DNA from: an uncultured Verrucomicrobiae bacterium
GTDB taxonomy: Bacteria > Verrucomicrobiota > Verrucomicrobiia > Limisphaerales > UBA11358
Assembly: GCA_963769285.1 (NCBI GenBank)
Contig: CAVYLE010000007.1
Coordinates: forward strand, 270,709 to 334,708
Direction of reading: 5' to 3'
DNA: 64,000 nt
Part shown: positions 49,951 to 58,498 of the stretch, in pieces
How positions within the stretch are numbered: the stretch's first letter is position 1
Layout: the number at the start of each line of letters is the position of its first letter
The notes under the pieces: generated by a model
Told to the model about the DNA's origin: nothing
The model's input: only the letters and a program-made list of their open reading frames with translations
The model's database searches: none
Program-made: the position numbers and the translations under genes

Positions 49951-52458
49951 ATGGACCCATCTACGGCCAGCGCTGAAAGCTTGTTTGCCCGTGCAATCGA
50001 ACTGCCCGCCGGCGCCGCGCGCGACAAATTCGTGGCGGCGCAGTGCGTCGGCGACCCGGTGCTGTGTCGTGAAGTCGAGTCACTGCTTCGCGCGCATGAT
50101 GCCGCCGGTGATTTCCTGCGCGTGCCTTCCGAGCGGCCCGATTCCCGACGTAGCCGGGCCGCCACCACTCCGCTCCAGGGCACGGTGGCCTTGAACGCAG
50201 CGGCGTACGCGGAAGCTTTCTTGCGCGACACCGGCGAAGACGCGGGCGGGCACGTTGAAAACTATATCGCGACGCTGCCGGAAGCAGTGCGGCGGGAAGT
50301 GCATGAACGCATCGAGGGCGGCCTGCGCGTGCGGCAATTGCGTGCCCGAGCGGAACCTCCCTCCGCCGAACTCGAAGAACCGCCGCCGCATCTGCCGGGA
50401 TTCCGCATCGAACGCAAACTCGGCGAAGGGAGCCTGGGCGTGGTTTATGCCGCGCACGACGAAAAACTCAACCGTCGCGTGGCCGTCAAAGTCCTGCGCC
50501 GCCGCGCGGATGAACCTGTCCGGCGCCGCGTGCTCAACGAGGCGCGCAAGGCCGCCGCCCTCGGCGACCCGGCTATCGTCACCATTTTTTCGGTCCTCGA
50601 TGAAACCGATCCCCCGGCAATCGTAATGGAGATGGTGGAAGGCTTTTCGCTCAACCGTTTTGCAGCCCAGCTCAATTTTGAACAAAAAGCGCGCCTGTTG
50701 CGCGAGGTGGCGCGCGGCCTCGCGGTCGCCCACGAACACGGCCTGGTCCATCGCGATCTCAAGCCCGACAATGTCATCGTCGGCCCCGATCTGCGCCCGC
50801 GCATTCTGGATTTCGGACTGGCGCTGTCGCTGGAGGAAGCCGGCCGGTGGGGCGGCGGGTTTGAAGGCACTCCGCTTTACGCCTCACCCGAACAGGTTCG
50901 GGGCCAGCCGCTGACGGCGTCGTCGGACGTGTTCTCCCTGGGCAGCTTGATGTTCAAGGTGTTGACCGGGCGGCCGCCGTTTGCGGGAGAAACCACCAGC
51001 CAGGTGCTCGAAGCCATTGCCACCACCGCACCGCCGTTCCTTCGGGAAGTCGCGGTGGGCGTGCCCGAAGATTTGCAGGCGGTCTGCCTCGCGTGCCTGG
51101 CGTGGGACCCGGCGGACCGCCCCGCGGCTTCCGAAGTCGCGCTGGAACTGGGCCGCTTCCTCGTTGGCGAACCGGTGCGGCTCAAGCCGAAACTTTACGA
51201 TGACCTGCTGCGTCGCAGCATCAGTGAATACTCAACCCAGGCTCGCGGGTGGGAAAGCCAAAGCATCATCTCGCGGGACGAACGCGATGCCCTGGAGGTC
51301 GTCCATCGCCGGCTGCTCGCCGACGAAGACCACTGGATCATTGACGCGCGTCGGATCACGCCGTTGCAGACGATTCTTTCCGGCGCCACCTGGCTGGCGG
51401 TGGTCGCGACGGTGTTGACCGTTTGGATGCTGCGGAATGAACTCGGCCCAACGTGGCGATGGATTTTGCCGACGTATTTTACCTTGACGCTTTTGCTGGC
51501 GGGTCACATCGCGCGGCGGGAGCGCGAGCCGCTGGCGGCGGCCACGTTTCTGGCCGGGGCCGTTCTGGCCATCGCGCCCTGCATGCTGGCATTGCTGGCC
51601 GAGCTGCACGTCTTCACCGCGCCGGCACCGGGCGTGAAACAGCTTTTTGCCGGAACCTTTACCAACCAGCAGGTGCTGGCGGCTTCGTTCACGGCGCTCG
51701 CCGTGTCGGTGTTCGGTTTGGGCCGGCTGCGAATGACGGGCTTTGCCTGGACCACCGCCTCGCTGGCTGCCATCAGTTACGTCAGCTTGCTGTTGTGTTT
51801 CAACTGGCTCGATAAAAAAACGGAAATCCAGGCGCTGTGGTGCCTGCCGCTGGCTGCGATGGAGCCGGTGGCGCTGGTGCTGGAGCGAAAAGGCCGCGTG
51901 CGCTGGACGTTGCCATTTCACCTGGTGGCGCTCGTAGCGCTCGTGGTCGGACTCGATGTCATCGCACTGAACGGGCCCACGCTGAAGATGCTCGGTGTGG
52001 ACGGCGCACGCTGGCCGTATTTCGATCACCAGCGGCTGGACGCGTTTTCGATTGCACTGAACGGCCTGTTTTTCCTGGTGCTGATGCTGCTTACGGAACG
52101 CTCGGCGAGCCTTGATTTGCGGCGCGCCAGCAAACTGCTGGAGGTGCTGGCGATTGTCCACACCTTGAGCGCGCTGTTCGTCAATGCGATGGGGCACCGC
52201 AACGGCGCTCAAGTTCGCGTGGACGTGTGGCTTTATCTGATTGCGGCGGGGTTGTTCATGATTCTGGCGCCGTTCCGTTCGCGGTGGCGGCTGCTGGTCG
52301 GCGGACTGGCAGGCTGTGGACTGGGAAGCTACCTGCTGGTGGAGCTGGGAATCGTGAACCGCAAACCGTTCATCATCGGCCTCGGTTTTGCCGGGGTGCT
52401 GGTGGCACTGGGAACGTTTGCCTATGTGCGGCGAAGGGCGCAAGCAAAAAGACGGTAG
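49951..52458 (+). CDS. Ser/Thr protein kinase with a large C-terminal polytopic membrane domain
   Basis: ATG 49951 (MDPSTASAESLFARAIELP...). Kinase motifs: LGEGSLGVVY, VAVKVL, HRDLKPDNVIV, DFGLA, GTPLYASPEQ. About 10 hydrophobic helices lie in the last ~350 aa. Confidence 0.85.
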   Translation: MDPSTASAESLFARAIELPAGAARDKFVAAQCVGDPVLCREVESLLRAHDAAGDFLRVPSERPDSRRSRAATTPLQGTVALNAAAYAEAFLRDTGEDAGGHVENYIATLPEAVRREVHERIEGGLRVRQLRARAEPPSAELEEPPPHLPGFRIERKLGEGSLGVVYAAHDEKLNRRVAVKVLRRRADEPVRRRVLNEARKAAALGDPAIVTIFSVLDETDPPAIVMEMVEGFSLNRFAAQLNFEQKARLLREVARGLAVAHEHGLVHRDLKPDNVIVGPDLRPRILDFGLALSLEEAGRWGGGFEGTPLYASPEQVRGQPLTASSDVFSLGSLMFKVLTGRPPFAGETTSQVLEAIATTAPPFLREVAVGVPEDLQAVCLACLAWDPADRPAASEVALELGRFLVGEPVRLKPKLYDDLLRRSISEYSTQARGWESQSIISRDERDALEVVHRRLLADEDHWIIDARRITPLQTILSGATWLAVVATVLTVWMLRNELGPTWRWILPTYFTLTLLLAGHIARREREPLAAATFLAGAVLAIAPCMLALLAELHVFTAPAPGVKQLFAGTFTNQQVLAASFTALAVSVFGLGRLRMTGFAWTTASLAAISYVSLLLCFNWLDKKTEIQALWCLPLAAMEPVALVLERKGRVRWTLPFHLVALVALVVGLDVIALNGPTLKMLGVDGARWPYFDHQRLDAFSIALNGLFFLVLMLLTERSASLDLRRASKLLEVLAIVHTLSALFVNAMGHRNGAQVRVDVWLYLIAAGLFMILAPFRSRWRLLVGGLAGCGLGSYLLVELGIVNRKPFIIGLGFAGVLVALGTFAYVRRRAQAKRR

Positions 52459-52652
52459 CGCTGTCCGAGGGGAAAACATTGAACATCCACCAGTCTTCGC
52501 TGCGCTTCGCCTCGGCAAGACATCGAACATCGAACTTCGAATTGTATGATGGCGGCGTAGCGGCGACTCGGCAGAGCGCCGCAAACTTTTCTTCCTTCAG
52601 CAGCGTAAAATCCGATTCCGAAGATAGAAATGCGGCTTTCTGCCGAAAGCCG

Positions 52653-53237
52653 CTACGCGTTTTTGACCTCGCGATACAACCACGCCCGCGCATAGGCCCA
52701 ATAACGTTTTGCCGTGGGTTCCGAAAGGTTGAGAACCTTGGCGGCTTCTTCAATTGTCAGGCCGACGAAAAACCTCAGCTTCACCAGGTCGGCCTTGACG
52801 GCATCATGCACGGCCAAACGCTCCAACGCCTCGTGCAACGCCAGCAATTGGTCGTCGTCCATGCCAGCGGCGAGTTCCAGACTGTCGAGATCGAGAGCCA
52901 CCCGTTCGGCCTGGCCGCCGTGGCGGGCCGCCTTTTTGCGGCGGGCATTGTCAATCAGGATGCGGCGCATGGCCTCGGCGGCGGCGGCAAAAAAATGGGC
53001 GCGATTTTGCCAGGCGGGTTGCTGGTCCCCGCCGAGGCGAAGCCACGCCTCGTGGACCAGCGCGGTGGCCTGAAGCGTCTGACCCGGAGCTTCGCGGGCC
53101 ATTTTCTGCGCGGCGAGTTTGCGCAGTTCATCATAGACCAGCGGCAGAAGCCGGCTGGCAGCCTGGGAATCACCCCGCTCAATTTGCCGCAACATGACGG
53201 TCAGTTCGCTCACGGGAAAAAAATTACCGGAATTCAA
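52653..53237 (-). CDS. ECF-type sigma-70 factor (kinase-associated ECF-like)
   Basis: Region 2 (LLPLVYDELRKLAAQKM...ATALVHEAWLRL) and region 4 (VKLRFFVGLTIEEAAKVLNLSEPTAKRYWAYARAWL). It is convergent with the kinase gene. Confidence 0.85.
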   Translation of the reverse strand: MNSGNFFPVSELTVMLRQIERGDSQAASRLLPLVYDELRKLAAQKMAREAPGQTLQATALVHEAWLRLGGDQQPAWQNRAHFFAAAAEAMRRILIDNARRKKAARHGGQAERVALDLDSLELAAGMDDDQLLALHEALERLAVHDAVKADLVKLRFFVGLTIEEAAKVLNLSEPTAKRYWAYARAWLYREVKNA

Positions 53238-53546
53238 AGCGGCAAAGAAGCCCGGAATCCATACCGTGAATGGGCGTCACACCGATTGAGCGCGGCCCTG
53301 ACGATGGAGTTCAAGCTTCAGCCTGCTTCAGGCATCGCGTCAGCTCGTATCATGCTGGATACGTTAAAGCCGTACCCGCCGCGACCGAACTGCGCCACCG
53401 CTGCACTCCGCCCAGGTTGCCGCTCCATTCCGGCAGCCAAGTTTCGTTACTCCGCAGAATTGAATGGTGCGACCAGAGCGGCGTTGTATTTAATGCGCGA
53501 TCTTCATCACGGGAAAAAGGCTGCCGCGAACCCGCACAAATTTCCA

Positions 53547-54758
53547 TCATCGGTGCAGACTTACAGTGAAAACTTCTGCCCCGACTATCAATTGCGGTTC
53601 AGTGTCATTGAACGCCTTCATCCCGGCGACAATCTTTCGAGGAACTCCCATGCCCATGTGCTCCAAGTAACCGTAATCCCGCATTACGTCTTTGATCAGT
53701 TGGTTTCTTGCAGCACGACAACCGGCAATCATCATCGCCGGAGTAATACCGTTGGGAAGCCGTCCAGGGGAACGGATTTCAAGACGATCAGCAAAGATTG
53801 AAAGTTGAACATCTGTTGCGGAGAGAAGGTAATCGCGATGAACTAAAGCGTTGACAATAGCTTCACGCAAAACCCCGACAGGGAAACCATCCTTTGTAAC
53901 GCGGCGGACTCCATTCTCCATTACGGTCTGATCCGGAATGTGGCGCTTAACGAAGTCCACACAACTTTCGATCAAGCCGTTTTCCACTATACCCGCCTCC
54001 GAAAGGAGGGGTAACATTGGTCCCCGAATTGGCAAACGCTCGTTGGCTGCATAATCAGGCTGATTCCCAGGGTAGCTCACCGCGTCTATGCCAGCCTGTG
54101 GCAAGAATCGGTTTGGCTGTTTGCCGAAGAGAAGAATGCCGGCGACCGTGCAAGAGTAACCAGCTTCACTCATCGCCATGAGTTCGGTATTTTCCAACAG
54201 GCGCTGCCATCCCGTCCGATCCTGATCTTCCGGCACGGCCTGCTCCCGAATTTTAACGAAATAATCTTTGAGCCGCCGTATGTCGAGGGCATCAAACGAA
54301 GCTCCGGAAACGGGGCGCGTCTCCAATCGAAACAAGCCTCGCTGCTGGAACAATCTCTCTAATTCCTCTTGGCTGGCCTCCCGCGATTCCGTGCCCACTC
54401 GAATGTAATACGTGCGCCCATTATTGTGCCAAACAGCATGAACTGTCCACCCGGGGTCAATTTGAATCACGGCTACCGTCCTGCCATTGTCCACATCACG
54501 GACGAGTTCAAAGTATGGTATGATCTCCGGCCGTATTTTGTCTCGACAGACCGTCATAACCCACTCTTCCGGCTTTGGCCGAACGACGCCCGAAACAGCA
54601 CCTTCGTCTTCGACGCCCAACAGGATTCTTCCGCCATGTAGGTTCGCCAAGGCGACTATTTCCTTGGCCAACGCTCGCGGTTCAATGTCGTCGCGCTTAA
54701 ACTCGACACCAGAGCTCTCACCGTTATGGATAATTTCAAGCAGTTCTGTCTTTGTCAT
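53547..54758 (-). CDS. AlbA_2 (Schlafen-like) + HATPase_c_4 protein (often mis-annotated as RecG-like / transcriptional regulator)
   Basis: N-terminus ESSGVEFKRD...ALANLHGGRILLGVEDEGAVSGV (AlbA_2 pattern). C-terminus LREAIVNALVHRDY...RLEIRSPGRLPNGIT (HATPase_c_4 pattern). The start lies 5 nt after the stop of the upstream ATPase gene. Confidence 0.8.
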   Translation of the reverse strand: MTKTELLEIIHNGESSGVEFKRDDIEPRALAKEIVALANLHGGRILLGVEDEGAVSGVVRPKPEEWVMTVCRDKIRPEIIPYFELVRDVDNGRTVAVIQIDPGWTVHAVWHNNGRTYYIRVGTESREASQEELERLFQQRGLFRLETRPVSGASFDALDIRRLKDYFVKIREQAVPEDQDRTGWQRLLENTELMAMSEAGYSCTVAGILLFGKQPNRFLPQAGIDAVSYPGNQPDYAANERLPIRGPMLPLLSEAGIVENGLIESCVDFVKRHIPDQTVMENGVRRVTKDGFPVGVLREAIVNALVHRDYLLSATDVQLSIFADRLEIRSPGRLPNGITPAMMIAGCRAARNQLIKDVMRDYGYLEHMGMGVPRKIVAGMKAFNDTEPQLIVGAEVFTVSLHR

Positions 54759-54763
54759 TGTGT

Positions 54764-57451
54764 TCAGTAGCCGTATTTAAGACGACGGATTTCGAATGCT
54801 TCCCGCCCGCCCTCAAGCACTTCGCCGATATTGTCGCGAACAGCTGGACAATCAATAGAGCCGAGCCAGTCAGGTGGAACCATCGCGTGCCCCGCTCCGT
54901 CAGGCTTAAGCGTTACAACCAACTCCGCATCACCCAGTACAGGTATGTTGGCATTATGGGTCGCGAAAATGAATTGTCGGCGTTCCTTCTCCTCTCGAAT
55001 TTTTGGAACGATTCCGTCTGTAATAAACCTGTTGTCCAAATCGTCTTCAGGCTGGTCAACAATAAGTGGAGCATCGGACTCCAACAGCAGGAGAAGCAAC
55101 ACGGCAGTGGCCTTTTGCCCGGTGGACAGGTTTTCCAAATTTTGCCAGATGGGTGGTTGGCTATCGGCCGCAAGATTAAGCTGAAGGCCTGTGGGAGTCG
55201 GAAATTCCAACTCTTCCATCTTCATGAACGTCTCCTCCGACGCTTTCGCCACCCGATCTGCTTGAACCGCCGTTAGCCCGAAAGATTCTGTCAGCTTCGC
55301 AGCACCTCCACGACAAGCAGTAACGAACTCAGGCAGTGAGAAATCCTCTCGTTCCGAGAGCCGGTCAATGGTCGTCTGAAGCTGTCCGCCTACTTCATCG
55401 CGGAGCAAATCAAAGAGTGGATCGCGATTCCCACCAGCAACCACATTGACACGAACAACGCCTTTTAGTTTGTTGGTTACCTTTTTGGCGGCGCGCTCCA
55501 AACTTCGGGCGTTTTCAGCTTTGGCTTCTTCCCATTCCAATAATAATGAATTCCGTTCTTGAAGTGCGTTATCCAGAGACTTCTTCAGGGTTCGGCGGCG
55601 ACCGGACAGTGGGGTAAGCTCTTCGATTTTTCTTCGCAAACGCACAAACTCTGATGCGTCCAACTTGCTTACCGTCTTTTGAACTTCACGCAGGATGCGT
55701 TCAATCTCGGCAGTTGACGCCGCTTTGCGCTTTTGCCAGTCCGCTTCAATTGAAGCGATGCTCGTATGCGCCTCTGCCAGTGCTGTTTCTAGCCCCCTTA
55801 GCGCTGCCCCGGCGTCTCGGTCGAATTTCTTCAACACAGAATCGCCGCGCCGCAAAATGGCTGCCCCGGGCAGACCATCAAGGGATTCCTCACTCAAGAA
55901 CTGCCGATCAATAGGAAGGTTGTCTGTCCACTCCGCGATCATTTCTTGAAATGGTGTTAACCGCTCTCGGATTGTTGCGAGAATTTTTTCCTCCCGAACC
56001 AAAAGCGACTGCAATTTCAACTTGTCCTCAAGCCCGGCTTCTTGAAATCGCTTCAGCGTCTCTTGCAGAGCAGGAAGACCGGCAAGTTTTTCTTCCACCA
56101 AGGCGATCTCTCTTCGAATTTCCAGGATACGACCCCGCGAAGTCTCCAGTTTCCGGCGAATCTCTACCTTCCGACTTTCCAGCGTGGCGTCTTCCTCGCG
56201 AAAACGGCGTAGCAAACCAGTTAACTTTTCTGGGCTCTTCGCAAGCTCCGCGATTTCGTGCTGTCCGTAGATTTCGACACCAGGCAGAATATCCTGCGGG
56301 CGCAGGTTGAGAACGGCTCCTGACTCGTCCTTCACCACAGGTGGGTTCGGAATGGTACGCTCAATCCAATACAACTTTTCAGCAGGACGGTGGGATCGCA
56401 CGAGAAGACGTATACGAGTCGCGCTACGAAGCGCATACTGAACAATTCCGTTGTGGTTTTTTTGTGCTTCTAGCCCTAACGGCTGAAGCCCCAACGCATA
56501 CCTGATGCTCTCTACCGACGTTGATTTGCCTGAACCGCGCCCTCCAATAAGCACGTTAAGATTCTCATTTAGACGAACCTCATCGCCATCCAAAAAGCCT
56601 CCTTGCCAACTAATGTATAGTATTTCTGAATGAGGCGTCTTTTCGGAGTCACCGACTAGGCGAATACGCACATCGGGGTCAATGAATCCTTGGCGAAGAC
56701 CCTCGACACTTACTCTCGACATTTTAATGAGAGTAACGGTGCCCAATCTGGAGAAATCCGAAGGAGATGAAACGTCTTCGGCGTTGATAATTGCTGGCAT
56801 TTTATCTCGGCAATATTGGGCATCTGTGTTTTCCAGAATTGGTCGTAAGTCTTCTGGCGCGCCTTTGACGTGTCCAGGGATGGAGCAAGCAAGCAGGTGA
56901 GCATTCCGCCAAACCCGCACACGTGTCTGGCCTTTCAAGACGCGGAGCAATCCCTTTTCCTTAATAACATGAGCGGCAATGCAGACGGTTCCCCATCGCG
57001 TTGCCTCTTCCAACAATGCCTCGCAGTCGTATTTGCCAGCAGGCGACGGCTCGTTTTCAGAATGGACACCACAGTCGTGAATCTTCGCTTGAATTTGGTC
57101 TGGCCCAGTTCCCGGCTCAAACAGGCAGAGAAAATGAACGCCGTCTTTAGTCTCGGCCTCAAAGCCGGGAAAAACAATCAGACCGGAAGCTTCTGCAGCT
57201 TGTATGAGGGAGAGAGACTCTCGAATGCGGTAGTGGTCAGTCACGCCAATCACTTCAATTCCAGTGATCTTGCAAGCCTCCACAACCTGCCGATTATATT
57301 CCGCCTCCGTGTTACACAGGAGCGGTCTGGCGTGGCGCTTCAGGTAGGCAAATGGATTAACCTGCAATGCACAATGGTAAAACCGTGCGCCGTTCGGCCG
57401 CGCTAGAATCTCATCCACTATCTTTTCTGTCTTCATAGCAACCAACTGCAT
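54764..57451 (-). CDS. PHP-domain phosphoesterase fused to an SMC/Rad50-like ABC ATPase with a long coiled coil (Ppl-like architecture)
   Basis: PHP-like motifs GVTDHY, PGFEAETKDGVHFLCLF, CIAAHV. Walker A LIGGRGSGKST. About 350 aa of heptad-rich E/K/L/R sequence. ABC signature LSTGQKA, Walker B LIVDQPEDDLD, H-loop FATHNANI. The start is ambiguous (ATG 57451 or 57436; the track ORF begins at TTG 57469). Confidence 0.8.
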   Translation of the reverse strand: MQLVAMKTEKIVDEILARPNGARFYHCALQVNPFAYLKRHARPLLCNTEAEYNRQVVEACKITGIEVIGVTDHYRIRESLSLIQAAEASGLIVFPGFEAETKDGVHFLCLFEPGTGPDQIQAKIHDCGVHSENEPSPAGKYDCEALLEEATRWGTVCIAAHVIKEKGLLRVLKGQTRVRVWRNAHLLACSIPGHVKGAPEDLRPILENTDAQYCRDKMPAIINAEDVSSPSDFSRLGTVTLIKMSRVSVEGLRQGFIDPDVRIRLVGDSEKTPHSEILYISWQGGFLDGDEVRLNENLNVLIGGRGSGKSTSVESIRYALGLQPLGLEAQKNHNGIVQYALRSATRIRLLVRSHRPAEKLYWIERTIPNPPVVKDESGAVLNLRPQDILPGVEIYGQHEIAELAKSPEKLTGLLRRFREEDATLESRKVEIRRKLETSRGRILEIRREIALVEEKLAGLPALQETLKRFQEAGLEDKLKLQSLLVREEKILATIRERLTPFQEMIAEWTDNLPIDRQFLSEESLDGLPGAAILRRGDSVLKKFDRDAGAALRGLETALAEAHTSIASIEADWQKRKAASTAEIERILREVQKTVSKLDASEFVRLRRKIEELTPLSGRRRTLKKSLDNALQERNSLLLEWEEAKAENARSLERAAKKVTNKLKGVVRVNVVAGGNRDPLFDLLRDEVGGQLQTTIDRLSEREDFSLPEFVTACRGGAAKLTESFGLTAVQADRVAKASEETFMKMEELEFPTPTGLQLNLAADSQPPIWQNLENLSTGQKATAVLLLLLLESDAPLIVDQPEDDLDNRFITDGIVPKIREEKERRQFIFATHNANIPVLGDAELVVTLKPDGAGHAMVPPDWLGSIDCPAVRDNIGEVLEGGREAFEIRRLKYGY

Positions 57452-57922
57452 CTTAACAAGCCTACGCAAACTCGCATTGAGAATAGCAGATTATGCCCAA
57501 CGGCGTCACGAAAAAGCCGCTTCTAAAAAACCCCGACTCGTTTGGCTCGCGTGGCGGCGGCAAGGGCGCGGATATCCGGCAATTTGGGACGTGAAATGCT
57601 CGAAAAGTTGGAGTTTTAATTCGATTGCGCTACGGCAGCCAACGGCGACCGGAAATCCGCCGGCATTAGCTTTGATTGCACGTTGCGTTGTGAATTTTTC
57701 CCCCATTTCTTTTCCCAATCATCCAGCGACGGTACAGTAACTTCGGCGTGTTTCGAGTAGGCGTGATGCACCGCCTTGAAATTGTGCCCCAATATCGCGA
57801 ATGCTCACGGGCAGACGATCATGCCGGACACGCGAACTCAACGCCTGCAAACTCCACGTTTAGCCCCGGTTAATGTCCATCGCCACTCCGAGGCAACCGA
57901 TTTCCCTGCCAAGGCAGGCGAC

Positions 57923-58471
57923 TTATCGCGTTGTATCCTTCATCGCCTCGGCGTAGGGTTTGCCGTCCACGAACACTTCCTTGAGGCTCGCGCGGCCGGA
58001 CTTGGAGACGACGGCCTGCGCCGTCAGCTTGCCATGCGGATTCCCGGTGCCCTCGGCGACAAAATATTGCTCGATGCCGTATTCCACATGAATGGAATTG
58101 GTGCTGTTGCTCCATCTCCACGCCACCTTGCCGCGCATCACCACCTCGTTCGCCGCCGGCGCGAGACTTTCCGTGCTGGCGCGCGTGACTTCCCAAAACT
58201 GGTTCGTCCCCGCCGGCGCGAGCGCCACGAAAATTTTCGCGCCGTAGGCCAGATCCGCTTTCAACGGCGGCGAGAACAGTTTCCCCGGCACGTCGCTGAT
58301 CTGGTAATTGAGCCGCACAAAATCGCCGCGCAGCGGGTCGCGCGGGTCCACCGGCCGGGTTTCAAGCAGCACGGTCTGACCGACGCGCAGGCGGTTTTCC
58401 TGCTGGACGACCGTGCCGAGCACCCACGCGGTTTGCAGCGCGAGAACGAGAATGACGAGTTTGGTTTTCAT
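57923..58471 (-). CDS. GDYXXLXY-domain protein (membrane-anchored)
   Basis: N-terminal TM helix. DPRDPLRGDFVRLNYQIS matches the GDYxxLxY signature (F in place of Y). Last gene of a three-gene minus-strand operon. Confidence 0.78.
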   Translation of the reverse strand: MKTKLVILVLALQTAWVLGTVVQQENRLRVGQTVLLETRPVDPRDPLRGDFVRLNYQISDVPGKLFSPPLKADLAYGAKIFVALAPAGTNQFWEVTRASTESLAPAANEVVMRGKVAWRWSNSTNSIHVEYGIEQYFVAEGTGNPHGKLTAQAVVSKSGRASLKEVFVDGKPYAEAMKDTTR

Positions 58472-58498
58472 GCGACCTCCGTGACTTTGTCAGAAATT

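Noticed and set aside
51232-52584. 450-aa minus-strand ORF overlapping the kinase gene, and the 524-aa plus-strand ORFs 52227..53801 and 57776..59350
   Set aside because: They have a Q/R/H/P-rich shadow composition. They overlap genes with recognisable kinase, ECF sigma, GDYXXLXY and secreted-protein signatures on the other strand.
57477-57790. Start-less reading frame (…ILGHNFKAVHHAYSKHAEVTVPSLDDWEKKW…) as a transposase or integrase remnant marking the island edge
   Set aside because: I cannot assign it to any family from memory. It has no start codon and an upstream in-frame stop. It is mentioned only as context in a finding, not annotated.
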